Source: Octopus sinensis (Eukaryota). From it: 64,000 nucleotides of DNA. The translations under genes were made by a program, and so were the position numbers. Numbering within the stretch: position 1 is the first letter of the stretch; each line of letters starts with the position of its first letter. Location: NCBI RefSeq assembly GCF_006345805.1, contig NC_043020.1:868001-932000 (forward strand), read 5' to 3'. Positions 1-13,116 of this stretch are shown here, in pieces. The notes beneath the pieces were generated by a model. It worked only from the letters and a program-made list of their open reading frames with translations. It ran no database searches and was not told where the DNA came from.

Positions 1-355
1 ACGGCTTAAGTCGATTATATAGACCCCAGTGCATTACTGGTTCTTAATTTATTGACCCCAAAAGGATGAAAGTCAAAGTCGACCTTGGCGGAATTTGAAC
101 TCAGAACGTAAAGACAGACGAAATACCTATTTCTTTACTACCCACAAGGGGCTAAACATAGAGGGGACAAACAAGGACAGACAAACGGATTAAGTCGATT
201 ACATCAACCCCAGTGCGTAACTGGTTCTTAATTTATCGACCCCGAAAGGATGAAAGGCAAAGTCGACCTTGGCGGAATTTGAACTCAGAACATAGTGGCA
301 GACAAAATACTGCTAAACATTTCGCCCGGCGTGCTAACGGTTCTGCCAGCTCGCC
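1..355 (-). mobile_element. SINE family B, head-to-tail dimer
   Basis: tRNA-like head (ggcgagctggcagaa..gttagc; gagttcaaattcc B-box), core gcctttcatcctttcggggtcgataaatt and tail gtagtaaagaaatag. The second unit is joined at position ~127. Confidence 0.85.
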
Positions 356-2963
356 GCTTCCTGCATCCGAATAACCACATCCAACTGTCTCATCTCATTT
401 CTCGACTCCCTTTCATATGTGTCCCCTACATTAAGACACTTTGTTCCCTTTTGGTGTGTTCAGAATCCCATTAGAATCTTTCTTCTATTTTGCTTGCGAT
501 TATTATGTTAATGACAAGATTTCCAAATTCCGCCTTTAAAACATTTCCAAAGAGCAGAGGTAAAATTTATTATATATTACAGATTTAAATCATGTTTAAC
601 CCTGTCAGGTTGCAGGTAGTGTGAACAAGAAAAATAAATAAAAATTAAATAGATATTTAAACGAATGTTTTCACATTTGATTTGAAAGAAAGAAAGCTTT
701 TAATATTCTATTTAGTTATACGATTCACATAAAAATATATTTTTATCAGCTCCTTTACGATTTTCATTTAGAAATAATTTAAATAAGAGAAAAAAAAAAT
801 TAAGAGAATATAGAATAAAAATAACTATAGAAATATTTTTTAATAAGCAAATAATAAAAAAAAAATGCTGTAAATATAAAGCAAAAGACTAAAAAAATTT
901 TTGAATGTTGTTGATGATATAGAAATATAATTTTCAGTTGAATATCATTTATTAGATTTGAAAATGATATTTTTATTCTCATTGCTTTCAATTTCATTGA
1001 ATACCAAGTATTATTATTTTTTTTTCCTTTTTTTTAAATCATTTTTAAAAGAGTAATTTAAAAGAACTCAAAACACAGAGCCGCTGAATATAAAAAGCAA
1101 AGAATTGAAGCAAGGAGAATCAATTTAAGACAGTAAACCTTCAGGTCCACTTCCAACAAGATCTATTCACAACCAAACACAACCCTTCATTCATAACAAA
1201 AATTTCTTTTCTTTTTCCCCCCACTAAATTTAGATTCTATTTTTCTTGTTATTGTTGTTTTACCCCACCCTACACACACACACACACACACACAGACATT
1301 CGAATTTGAACATTCTCTATTTATTTAGTTATTTTAATAGAAAGAAAAAAAATTTTTTTTTTTCAGAATTTAAAAAAAAAAAAAATTCTTTTTATTTAAA
1401 TTTGACAGTTTCTGAGAATTTCTGTGGAAAATCTTTGTTATTTCGTGAATTTTTATTTCTGTTTACATAGTTATTAATAATAGCATTGACCAAATATTTA
1501 CAACGCTGTTTGTATTGTACATTCTGTGACATCTAAGGTCAGTTCTCTGCAAACACAAGAGCCCAATTCTACCCAATTAAACTCGGTCACGTGACATTTT
1601 TCAAGTGATACTTTTGTTGACAGGGTTAAACAGTTTAATGGCTTATGTCGTAGATGGCCAAGATAATCCAATAACCTGACCAGGAAATATTGTATCAACA
1701 AATTTGCTAGCAAGTGTACCGCTAACATTAGAGAAATGATCTTCTTTAAATAATGAAATTAAAACTGAACCACAGTTTTATATTGCTTGACACTGTCTGG
1801 CTTCCTTCTCTGTCTGTCTGTCTTTCTTGTGTGTGTGTGTGTGTGTAGTTGTATGTTCATATTTATAAAAAAGAAAGACAGTGTATCACAATTCAAGGTT
1901 AAGAGTACTCAAATGATAGTGTATGTGTTTATTCAAATAATGTCCCTCACTTACAAGTTCTGTATAAATATGTATACACACACATATATATACACACATA
2001 TATATATATGTACACACACACATACACATATATACACGCAAATACACCTACATATACATATGTATATATACATATATGTATGTGTATACATACACCTATA
2101 TATAAATACATATATGCATGTATATATATATATACATACACCTTCATATATACATATATGTATGTATAAATATATACATATACATGTATATATACATATA
2201 TGTATGCATAAATATATATATACACACATATATACATATATATACACACATGTATGTATATATGTATACATACTTATGCACATATGCATACACATATATA
2301 TACACTTATACACATATGCATACATACACATATATATATAACAACGTGTATAAATATATACATATGTCTATGCTTACACACACACACACATACACACACT
2401 TTGTACTGTGTACTTCCTTTGTGTTAGCCTTAATAGAGTTCCAGCTATGGCCTTGCAGTTAAAAGAGTTTGCTGCCCTGCCTACTGAACATGGCTTATCT
2501 GAGATGCAGGAGAGGAACCCGCTAATGAAATATTTAAGTATTCAAAAGGAAGAGCAGTCAACACTTCAGCATTTGGCAACCCCAGTCAAGACACACTTCA
2601 TTCTTTCTCTCTAGAATTGAGGATTTGGCAGAACCATGCTCAGGTCTCACACTTCATGTCTTCAGTTCCAAGTGACAGCATCAGGATAGGAGAGCTTGTG
2701 GCTTTTCTTATCAGCTATTTGAAATCTCCAAAAGATCAATAAGGACACTGAAGTGCTGCTTAGTAAATTGTATTGTGTAGTCATAAATTTGTTGGTTTTT
2801 CTGCTTTGTATTTCGTAGTCTTGGAAGAAGTAAAATTAAATCAAGTTTTATAATTGATGAACAAAAGTTGTAGAAGAAAAGAGTTATCAAAAATATCATA
2901 AAACACTACAATAAAAATATTTTTTGCAGTAATTCAAATAACATGAGAAAGGATTAAAATAAA

Positions 2964-3354
2964 CAAGCAGTATCGCCCGGCATTGCTCGGGTTTGTTTCG
3001 ACCCTTTAGAATTGGAATTTTTGAAAAGTAGAAAATTTGCATTATGTAGCTTGTTATTCTCTTTAAGTGAACATTTTTCTGGTTGAAATACACCGAAAAA
3101 GGGCAACACAGCAGTAAAAAAATTGTAAAAAAAGGGATTTTCATAGAAAAAAAAAGCACCTTTTTGATGTAAATAATTTTTGGTGTTAACATGGTCCAAT
3201 TTGAATTTTTTCTTCTACGGAAGGAAGAGCAAGCCTTCTTCTATCATACTCTCAATTTTGGTCAACTTGCGCCACAGGGTCTCGGAGGAGATAGTGTTAG
3301 TTGAAGGCTATGACACCTGCCATACACAGACAGCTTCAGCTTTATATATATAGA
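2964..3354 (-). mobile_element. Non-autonomous Helitron
   Basis: Minus strand starts A|TCTATATATATAAA and ends with a subterminal hairpin CCCGAGCAATGCCGGG then CTGCTTG|T (CTAG-like end). It sits between A and T with no TSD. Confidence 0.7.
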
Positions 3355-3439
3355 TTATTGCAAAAAAAAAAACTTAAAAAATAACGTAAAAAAAGCAGAA
3401 ATTAATTTATCGGACAACCAAATATTTGCCTCATTTTTT

Positions 3440-3700
3440 AGGAGTCGATCCTAAAGTTCCATAAATTTGTTTTGGTGTTGGGATGCTGGATGCATTTTTC
3501 TAGAAAATATTTCCTCATTTTCGTACGAGTTAACTATGACAACCACCTAATTATATTTGAAGCCTTATAGACAGTCCATGCCTCTGAGTCATATAAGGGA
3601 ACTGGCTCAAAGACAGTAATAATACTTCCCTGATTTCTTCATTTAAAATAATTAAATAACTTGGATCCCGTAAGGGGAAAACCTATTGAAATAAAACTCT
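3440..3700 (-). mobile_element. Decayed RTE-type LINE RT/thumb fragment
   Basis: Minus-strand translation VFEPVPLYDSEAWTV...TRTKMRK...QHP..KQIYGTL (with stops and a frameshift) resembles the RTE motif VESVLLYGSEAWT...QHPTKKQLYG. Confidence 0.5.
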
Positions 3701-4151
3701 CTCCTTTCTCACAGCTTCCTTTAGATAATTGTCTCCATCGGACTACTCCCCCCCACCCTCCACAATTAACTGTCCTCTGATGATTATTAATTTTGCAATT
3801 ATAATCATTGTTAAATATTGTGTTTGTACGCAGCCCGCAATTAGCAATTTCAATGGTAAAGTTATAACAATGCAAGAACATAAGCCTTATCTTTTGGAAT
3901 AATTAGTGAATAATAGATAAAATATGGAAATAAAACCCTAATTAGTTTTATAAGAATTTATTTGTAACCCTTTAAGTACGCTTTTTCTTGATTTACTTTT
4001 AATTAGGGTGATCATTCTGGGTGTAATTATCCAGGGACCAGTTTCCTTAGAACTGTTGTCATTATCTAATTGCCATCTGTTGAAATCTTTAACATTTCAC
4101 AGTATTTACTCCACAGTATTTGTGGAGGGACAAACTCATTCACATCCCCCA

Positions 4152-4187
<36 letters not shown>

Positions 4188-4335
4188 ATCATCATCCTTT
4201 GACATTCGTTTTCCATGCTGGCATGGGTTGGACTGTTTGGCAGGGAGTGGCTAAACAGAAGGCTGCACCAGGCTTCACTGTCTGTTTTGGCAGGGCTCTT
4301 ATGAGTGGATGTCCTGCTGTCTACCAAATCCACCC
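4188..4335 (-). mobile_element. SINE family C variant, 3' part
   Basis: (cat)n tail followed by cgttttccatgctggcatgggttggac...ggatgtcct. Confidence 0.65.
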
Positions 4336-4758
4336 ATATATATGTATGTATGTGTATGTATGTATACATGTATATATAAATATGTGTATGTATATATCTA
4401 TATATATGTATGTATATATGTATATATATATATGTGTGTATATATATGTATATATATATGTATGTGTGTGTACATATATTTATATATATATATATGTGTG
4501 TATATATATATGTATATATATGTACATATATATATATATATATGTGTGTGTATATATATATGTATATATATATATGTTTGTATGTATATGTATTTATATA
4601 TGTGAGTGTATATATATGTACATATATATGTGTATATATATGTATATGTGTATGTATAAGTTTATATGTATGTATAAATATATATGTATGTATATGTATC
4701 TATCTATCTATATATATATATATATAATATATATATATATATATAATATATATATATA

Positions 4759-4809
<51 letters not shown>

Positions 4810-6063
4810 ATATATATATGTATGTATATGTGTATATGTAAACTTGTTATCAAACCACTTAAAGTCTGTGTGCGTGTGTGCCATAATGTTTCCGCTTTCC
4901 AAAATAGCTGAGTTACTGTTTCAATCTTGGCGATATTTATTCGAAAGGCCTATAATAAAATATAATGAGTGGCACAGCTTCCTCATACACTCATTATTAA
5001 CAGTTTTCAAATTATAGCCGGCTTTCTGGCATCAATTCAGTGAAATTATAAACCAATTTTACAAGCAAGAAGCGAAAGGCTAAAATTTTCTCTCACCACA
5101 CCACTGCTACGAAGTACATTCTCTACAACAACAACAACAACGACAACAACAACTGTGTTTTATTTGTAGTAATTGTGGTTAATGATGTCACAGTAGGCTA
5201 CTAATCACACCTCGTACTTAACAGTTCCGCATTCTGCCCACTGGCAGCTCAACCTTTGAAGGTGGCTAACGTAGGCCCCGCCAATACAATAACGCCTTCT
5301 CTGTCTCTCTCTCTCTCTCTCTCTGACCTTTTTTCAGGATCGTTTTTTTGCATTTTTTTTTTTAACATTTACCTTTGTATTGCTTTAAGCATACAGACAT
5401 ACACACACGGCGCTACAGTCCCCCGGGGCTAGTTCTTTTAGTATTTTCCTTTTTTAATATTTTGCCAAAGCAGCATATAACACATGCATGAGGTGGGGCC
5501 GAGGACGGGGGGCGGGGTAAAAAGCTGCCAAAATCTCATTCATACAATAGCAAATAATTACCAATCTTTGGTCTTTCTTGTACCATTTCCTCTTGCTGAT
5601 GATGCCAGCCTGCCAGAATCTTCAGTTGTTGCCAAGGAATATTCTCTCCAAACCCTGCCATGCCTCCCACTACCCATCTTAACAGTAAAAAAGAAAAAAA
5701 GGCACAAACAAAGGGGTTAGGAATCAAGTCAACAAAAACAAAAACAGTAGCAATTGCAGGAAGAAGAATAAAATATAATAAATGTTTTATAATTGCCAAG
5801 GCTCAGGTATATGGTAAACTCCGAGTGTGTGTCTTTGAGGGTGGTGAGAGAAGTTTAATGGAGAAGGGGAAATCTCCAGATAAAAGAAGCTGCTAGCCTA
5901 GCATCTCTCTACTTATCACTCTGTGTGAGTTTTGTTACTATTTCAGAATTTTGTGTGTGCAGTGTGTATGTTTGGGTGTGTGTGTGTGTGTGTGTGTGTA
6001 ACAATAAATATCTGTCTGTTCTTCTCTCTCTCTCTCTCTCTCGATATATTTTGTTTGCATGAA

Positions 6064-6277
6064 GGTGAGCTGGCAGAATCGTTAGCACGCCGGGCAAAAT
6101 GCTTAGCGGTATTTCATCTGTCTTTACGTTCTGAGTTCAAATTCCGCTGAGGTTGACTTTGCCTTTCATCCTTTTGGGCTCGATAAATTAAGTACCAGTT
6201 GTGTACTGGGGTTGATCTAATCAACTGTCCCCCTCCCCCAAATTTTCAGGCTTTGTGCCTAGAGTAGAAAAGAATAT
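6064..6277 (+). mobile_element. SINE family B
   Basis: ggtgagctggcagaatcgttagc head and gcctttcatcc...gataaattaagtaccag core. Confidence 0.85.
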
Positions 6278-6285
6278 ATTTTGTT

Positions 6286-6318
<33 letters not shown>

Positions 6319-6361
6319 TAACATAAAAAAATTCATCTCTAACTCTCTCTCTCTCCCTCCC

Positions 6362-6394
<33 letters not shown>

Positions 6395-6397
6395 TTG

Positions 6398-6439
<42 letters not shown>

Positions 6440-6991
6440 TGCAATAATGTACTAAATACAGAATTATTAGTATATTTTCTGTATATTATGTGTGTGAACA
6501 TGAGTGTGTGTGTAGAAAAAAAACAGTTAATTGCAGAATCATTCAATACTTTTAAGTTTTGCTTTAAGTATTGGTTTTATTTTCACAAGAGAAAGGTCAG
6601 CTATGACTTAGAAATTTTGATTTTACTGCCTTTATCAGACTAAATTTTTGGTATTCCAACCTTTATATATATTTTTTGGTTCATCTTGTAGATGGAGTAG
6701 TGTGGTTGCTGTGTAAGTGTGGTGTTAGAGTATATTCGAGTAACATATAAAGAGGCGTCTTTTTGAGCAGTTTAATTAGATAGGCAGACTCACCTTATTT
6801 CTGCTCACTCTAATTAACCTGTTCGTAAAGATATTTCTTTGAATGTTACAGAAATGCACTGTCATACTACATCTAATTTGCAATCACACTGCTCCGCTCA
6901 CATGTTGAAGCCAAAAATATATATGAGGCTTGGAAAAGCAAAAACACTTTACAATCTGATGAAGGCAACAAACTTAAAACTTTGAAGTCAC

Positions 6992-7372
6992 TCTCTTTTA
7001 CTTGTTTTAGTCATTTGACTGCGGCCATACTGGAGCACCGCCTTTAGTTGAAGAAAAAACAATCCCAGGACTTATTCTTTGTAAGCCTAGTACTTATTCT
7101 ATTGGTCTCTTTTGCCGAACATAAACACACCAGCATCAGTTGTCAAGCGATATTGGGGCGGGGACAAACATATACACACACATACATATATTTATATATG
7201 CATGTATACGACAGGCTTCTTTCAGTTTCCGTCTACCAAATCCACTCAGAAGGCTTTCGTCGGCCCGAGGCTCTAGTAGAACACACTTGCCCCAGGTGCC
7301 ACGCAGTGGGACTGAACCCAAAACCATGTGGCTGGTAAGCAAGCTACTTATCACACAGCCACTCCTACGCCT
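6992..7372 (-). mobile_element. SINE family A (tRNA head, CORE-like ccttgggcaagt block, internal (TA/CA)n)
   Basis: Reverse complement of ggagtggctgtgtg..aagtagcttgc...ggcaccttgggcaagtgt...gaaacaagtaaaagag. Confidence 0.85.
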
Positions 7373-7448
7373 ACAACTTTTCCTTGTAGAATGATATATA
7401 TAATGCGGATACATATATGTACATGTGAATTTGAATAGGTAAATAGTC

Positions 7449-7780
7449 CCACTGAGTGGCACCTTGGGCAAGTGTCTTCTACTATAGCCTTGGGCCGACC
7501 AAAGCCTTGTGAGTGGATTTGGTAGACGGAAACTGAAAGAAGCCTGTCATATATATGTATATATATGTATGTGCGTGTGTGTTTGTGTGTCTGTTTGTCC
7601 CCCTAGCATTGCTTGACAACCGATGCTGGTGTGTTTACGTCCCCGTCACTTAGCGGTTTGGCAAAAAGACAGATAGAATAAGTACTGGGCTTACAAAGAA
7701 TAAGTCCCGGGGTCAATTTGCTCGACTAAAGGCGGTGCTCCAGCATGGCCGCAGTCAAATGACTGAAACAAGTAAAAGAG
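7449..7780 (+). mobile_element. SINE family A, 5'-truncated
   Basis: ggcaccttgggcaagtgtc through the gactgaaacaagtaaaagag tail. Confidence 0.85.
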
Positions 7781-8811
7781 AAAAAAAAGAAAAGAAAAAG
7801 AATGTATGCAGTAACAATATTGAATTTAATCTGGTTTGCCAGCATCCGATTCTTCCATTTTCATCTTGGTTTGTCTCCATGGCAATCAACACCGTCCCTA
7901 CCACCACCACCACAACCACCATCATAAATTCCATATTTAGCACTGTAAAAGCCAGAAACTCTGCCACTCGTACTCACTAACCTCTCACGAGTATGGCCTA
8001 CCTCAGGGGATTAAGCAGTCACCTCAACCTGCTCGAAATAGAAGCCAAAACTCCTTCAAGCCATACCTTTAAATAAAGAACACTTTCTGAAATTTTAAGA
8101 TGGAATGATTACAGCAGGGTGATCAGATGATCAAATGCATTTGATCTTAAGTCTACTCAGCCACTTCTCCTTATCGCACCACCGCTAAAACCACTCCCAG
8201 CACCAATGTCATCACCAGTACTACATCCGTCATCATTACTCTCTTCCTCCATCACATGCAAAAGCATCAACCCCTTCACACCATGAGCCAATACATTCCA
8301 TGTACCGCCATTAATATTATAATGTTGTCCTTCCATAAAATGAAATTCATTGATTTTTTTTTATAAAAAAAACCCTTTTACAATGATTTCTTTATTTTAA
8401 TGATTATTTATATATTTACCAATAATTTTCATTATTAGCTTCCTTCTTTTTATTTTGATTGTGTGTGTGTGTGCGTGTGTAGTATTTGAACTAGTGCAAG
8501 TGCAGTAGTGGTTGTCATGACCTTGATAACTTCTGATGCATGGAGCGAGAGCAAAGGGCATTTAGAAATAACTTCTAAGAGATGGATATTGTATGGGGGT
8601 GAAGGAAAGGGGGGGAGGGGGCTTCGTTTATCAGTTTAGTGCATGTGAATAGTTTGATAACAGAAATACTAGATAGCTTACACTTTCATGAGGTAGAGGG
8701 CAGTGTGTAGCAGTATCAGGTGGTTGGCATCTTGTAGAATTTCAAAAGTCAGTGACATCAGATAGTAACTGGAATATATATGAAACAAACACCATAAAAT
8801 CTTTCTTTCTT

Positions 8812-9220
8812 TATTTCTTTACTGCCCACAAGGGGCTACAGACAGAGGGGACAAACAAGGACAGACAAATGGATTGAGTCGATTATATCAACCCCAGTGC
8901 ATAACTGGTACTTATTTAATCGACTCCGAAAAGATGAAAGGCAAAGTCGACCTCGGCGGAATTTGAACTTAGAATGTAGCAGCATACGAAATACCTATTT
9001 CTTTACTACCCACAAGGGGCTAAACACAGAGGGGATAAACAAGGACAGACAAACGGATTAAGTCGATTATATCTACCCTAGTACATAACTGGTACTTATT
9101 TAATCGACCCCGAAGAGATGAAAGGCAAAGCTTGACCTCGGTGGAATTTGAACTCAGAATGTAGCAGCAAACGAAATATCACTAAGCACTTCGCCTGTTG
9201 TGCTAACGTTTCTGCCAGCT
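8812..9220 (-). mobile_element. SINE family B, head-to-tail dimer
   Basis: Same structure and the same junction (gaaatacc|tatttctttactaccc, ~8995) as 1-355. Confidence 0.85.
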
Positions 9221-9224
9221 TAAA

Positions 9225-9420
9225 TAACCAGCATATCTCAAATGCCCATAAGTATCATAAAGTCTTTAATAGCCATAATGTTAAGATTAGCTACGCCTGC
9301 TTAGATAACATTATTTTCAACATCACAAACAACGGCAAAAACAAATATACAACCTCAAAAACACCAACTCATACGTCTGGTCTGTAGCTGCTAAAATTTC
9401 ACCGAATGCACACTGGGAAG
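9225..9420 (+). mobile_element. Penelope-like element fragment (RT to GIY-YIG linker)
   Basis: HISNAHKYHKVFNSHNVKISYACLDNII resembles the PLE linker [22 protein letters not shown]; a decayed Cys-rich segment follows. Confidence 0.6.
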
Positions 9421-9647
9421 ACCCTGCCTCCAAGAGCTTCCAGTAAGTTTTTGAGGGGACGGATTTAGTTGATCCCGTTGACTCCAATAGTCTTATTTCA
9501 TCAACACCTTAGGCAAAGTGTATCCTTTGTGAGATTTGAACTCAGAGCTATACTGCAAGGCATTTTGTCTGATGCTTTAACCAATCCAACGGTTCACTGT
9601 CTTTATAATAGCAGTTACAAAAAACAATAAAGAACTACTACTACTAT

Positions 9648-9698
<51 letters not shown>

Positions 9699-10600
9699 AA
9701 TACTAATGGTCAATCCATATTGCAAAATGAATTTTATAAATATTTCAAACATGAATGGTGTTCTCTTAATTTTTTAATAGATACTATTATTTCATTTTAT
9801 TATAAATTTAATATATACACACACCATTTTTTAAAAATATTCTATTGTTTTTCTTCATTATGTGTTTAGTATATACCGTTATTATATGCTGTTATTTTAT
9901 CTCATGCATAAATATATATATACATATATATACACACATATATATATATATATATCCATCCTTTGTTATAAGTTTAGTAAGTTATTTTATCTGGTTTGTA
10001 AAATTGTATCTTTTAGATTGAATCAGGGTCAGTTTGTTCTCAAATGGAATGTGTGTGTGTATGTGTGTGTATACTAATGCGTGTGTATATAAACTATTTG
10101 TGTGTGTGTGTATCTGTGCATGTTTGTGTCTCCTACGCATATGTATGTATACACACACACATGCGTGTTTGTATTGATCTTGTTATTATATTTCCACCCC
10201 CCACCCACTTTGTTGTAGTTTTAATTGGCTGCCCCACCCCCTTTCTGCCTGCCACTCCACCCCCCTTAGCTTTTGTCTACTTTTTAACCATCCATTCAAT
10301 GATACAATATTGATTTTTTTGAAAATGTATGCATTGATTAGAATGGCTGACAACTCTCTCGATATTCACATGTATTTTGCTTTGCCAATTATGGCTATTA
10401 TGATGGCTATGCCTGTCTTGGAGATGAGGATGGTAGCGGTGATGGTGATAGTGGTGGTGGTGGTACCATGGATGTTGGTGATTGCAGTAGTGATGAGGTC
10501 TTTGGTGGTGATGATGATGATGATGTCAATGATGATGCTAGTAGGGCTTCTAGCACTAGTGTTATTGAAATTGTTGCATGAAAATAGTGGTGGTGGTAAC

Positions 10601-10639
<39 letters not shown>

Positions 10640-11039
10640 TTATCATCATTATCATTGTCATCCTATTGGTAGTTTATGATGATGATGTTGATGGTAGGAA
10701 CAAGCATTTGTACTCTCATCCTGAACGGTTCTCTCCATATTCTAGCAATTCTCTGATGCTGCTATTGTTGTTTTGGCTCCTGGTCATTCTCTGGTTGGTC
10801 AGATTTACGATCAGAAGCATTTCCGCGATGACCGTTCACTCAGACATGTAGATCCCTCAAACTCGTGTCTTATCTGCTTTTTAGTTGTAAACAACCACTG
10901 GAGAATGCAACTGTACAATTCAAATTGTGGCCGATGCCAGTGTCACATAACTAGCACCTGTCCTAGGGGCATGTAAAAAGCACCTTTCGAGCATTGGGCC
11001 TCACAGAGGTAATGTGGCCGATGCCAGTATCACATAGAC

Positions 11040-11201
11040 ACAGGAGTGGCTGTGTGGTAAGTAGCTTGCTTACCAGCCACATGGTTCCGAGTTCAGTCCC
11101 ACTGCGTGACACCTTGGGCAAGTGTCTTCTACTATAGCCTCGGGCCAACCAAAGCCTTGTGGATGGATTTGGTAGACAGAAACTGAAATAAGCCCATTGT
11201 A

Positions 11202-11280
<79 letters not shown>

Positions 11281-11485
11281 TTGTGTGTCAGTGTTTGTCC
11301 CCCCAACATCACTTGACAACCGATGCTGGCGTGTTTATGTCCCCATAACTTAGCGGTTCAGCAAAAGAGACTGATAGAATAAGTACTCGGCTTACAAAGA
11401 ATAAGTCCTGGGGTCGATTTGCTGGACTAAAGGTGGTGCTCCAGCATGGCCGCATTTAAATGACTGGAACAAGTAAAAGAGTAAC
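11040..11485 (+). mobile_element. SINE family A
   Basis: Full head, internal (TA)n and tail. Confidence 0.85.
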
Positions 11486-12574
11486 TAGCACCTGTGCTAG
11501 TGGCACGTAAAAAGCACCCTTTGATCATTGGGCCTCACAGAGGCAATGACAAATGACCAAGACCTTTGGCAGTATGCCGTCCTTGAATAGAAGACCCATC
11601 AAACCAAGTGAAATCGTAGTCATGGAAGATACTGGTGTCACACAATTGGGACCTATGCCAGTGGCATGTAAAAGCACCCATCACACTCTCGGAGTAGTGT
11701 GTGTTAGGAAGAGCATCCAGCCATAGAAACCATGCCAAATCAGACTGCGGTCTGGTGCAGCACTTCAGCTTACCAGCCCTGGACAAACTGTCCAGCCCAT
11801 GCCAGCATGGACAAAAGATTTTAAATGATGATGATGATGGTAACAGTTGCTATTGTTAGCTCTAAGTCAGCCCTGATCCAGCAGACTTATGGTCAAAGAC
11901 ATCCCAATCATGGCCATTCCATTAAAAGTAATTTTTTTTATATAGAGAGTATATCAGTCATTGGTAAACTTCAGCCCAGAGGACTTTCTGAATGGCATGC
12001 TGAATGAAAAATCACCAACTTATTCATCTTCCTGAGATCAACTTTCACCATTTCTCCACTGATCCTTCTTGACTTTTTTTTTTTGCTTCCATTTAGGGTC
12101 ATTTGGCATTTTTCATTACCCAACTTGTCATCCGCCACATCTTTTACATACATGGACCACAATTATTATTTCATATCTACAAGGCAGCAAGCTGGCAGAA
12201 TTGTTACTCTGTTGGGCAAAATCCTTAGCAGCCTTTTGTACATCTTTATGTTCTAAGTTCAAATTCTGCCAAAATCCACTTTGCTTTTCATCCCTTAGGG
12301 GGTCAATAAAATAACTACCACTTGAGCACTGAGGGGTCAATGTAATCAACTTATCTCCTCCCCCAATATTGGTGGCCTTGTAACAAACTTTGAAATCATT
12401 ATCAATACCGAGGTATACTTTCGAGATCGATAAAATAAATACCAGCTCTTCACAGGGGGTCAGTGTAGTCGATTCCCACCCTTCACCTTTATGTCATTGT
12501 ACCAAAACTAGAATTACTAATACTGTCTGTACTCTCTTTTGAATTGATGCACATTTCAGTTAATTTATTTCAAT

Positions 12575-12920
12575 GTGAATCGTGGCCATTGCCAGTCTCG
12601 CCTGGCCACCGTGCCGGTGGCATGTAAAAAGCACCATCCAATCGTGTCCGTTGCCAGCCTCGCCTGGCCCCCATGGCGGTGGCACATAAAAAGCACCATC
12701 TGACCATGGCCGTTTGCCAGCCCCTTCTGGCAACTGTGCCGGCGGCACGTAGAAAGCACCCACTACACTCATGGAGTGGTTGGCGTTAGGAAAGGCATCC
12801 AGCTGTAGAAACATTGCCAGATTACACTGGGCCTGGTGCAGCCTTCTGGCTTCCCAGACCCCAGTTGAACCGTCCAACCCATGCTAGCATAGAAAGCGGA
12901 CGCTAAATGATGATGATGAA
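12575..12920 (+). mobile_element. SINE family C ((GAT)n tail, internal gtgccggtggcac repeats)
   Basis: Repeats ending aaaagcaccc, then ggttggcgttaggaaaggcatcc...catgctagcat...aaatgatgatg. Confidence 0.8.
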
Positions 12921-13116
12921 GATGTGAAGATAATCTGGTAGAATCATTAGTGCACCAGACAAAAATGCTTAATTATTTCTTATTTCTTCTGGCTCTTTAC
13001 ATTCCGAGTTCAATTCCTGCTGAGGTCAACTTTGTCTTTTATCCATTTGGGTAGTCAGTAGAATAAAGTACTTGTCTAGTACTAACTCTTTCCCTCAAAT
13101 TTCAGTCCAAAAAGCA

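Noticed and set aside
1471-1537. Possible 67-bp non-coding exon (tttctgtttacatag| ... aag|gtcagt)
   Set aside because: It has stops in all three frames, and splice-like motifs are common by chance. It needs RNA-seq support.
2408-2614. 68-aa ORF in non-repetitive sequence
   Set aside because: No recognisable family and no convincing splice sites.
3775-3815. Other CTGATGA occurrences (3777, 5595, 35275, 17668 minus)
   Set aside because: None has a correctly placed stem II, GAAA and NUH, so they are not hammerheads.
10756-10851. Hydrophobic stretch MLLLLFWLLVILWLV, resembling a type II membrane anchor that FUT8 would need upstream
   Set aside because: It is followed by a stop within ~17 codons, with no coiled-coil segment, no basic/Trp N-tail and only a weak donor. 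Spliced alignment of a mollusc FUT8 N-terminus would settle it.
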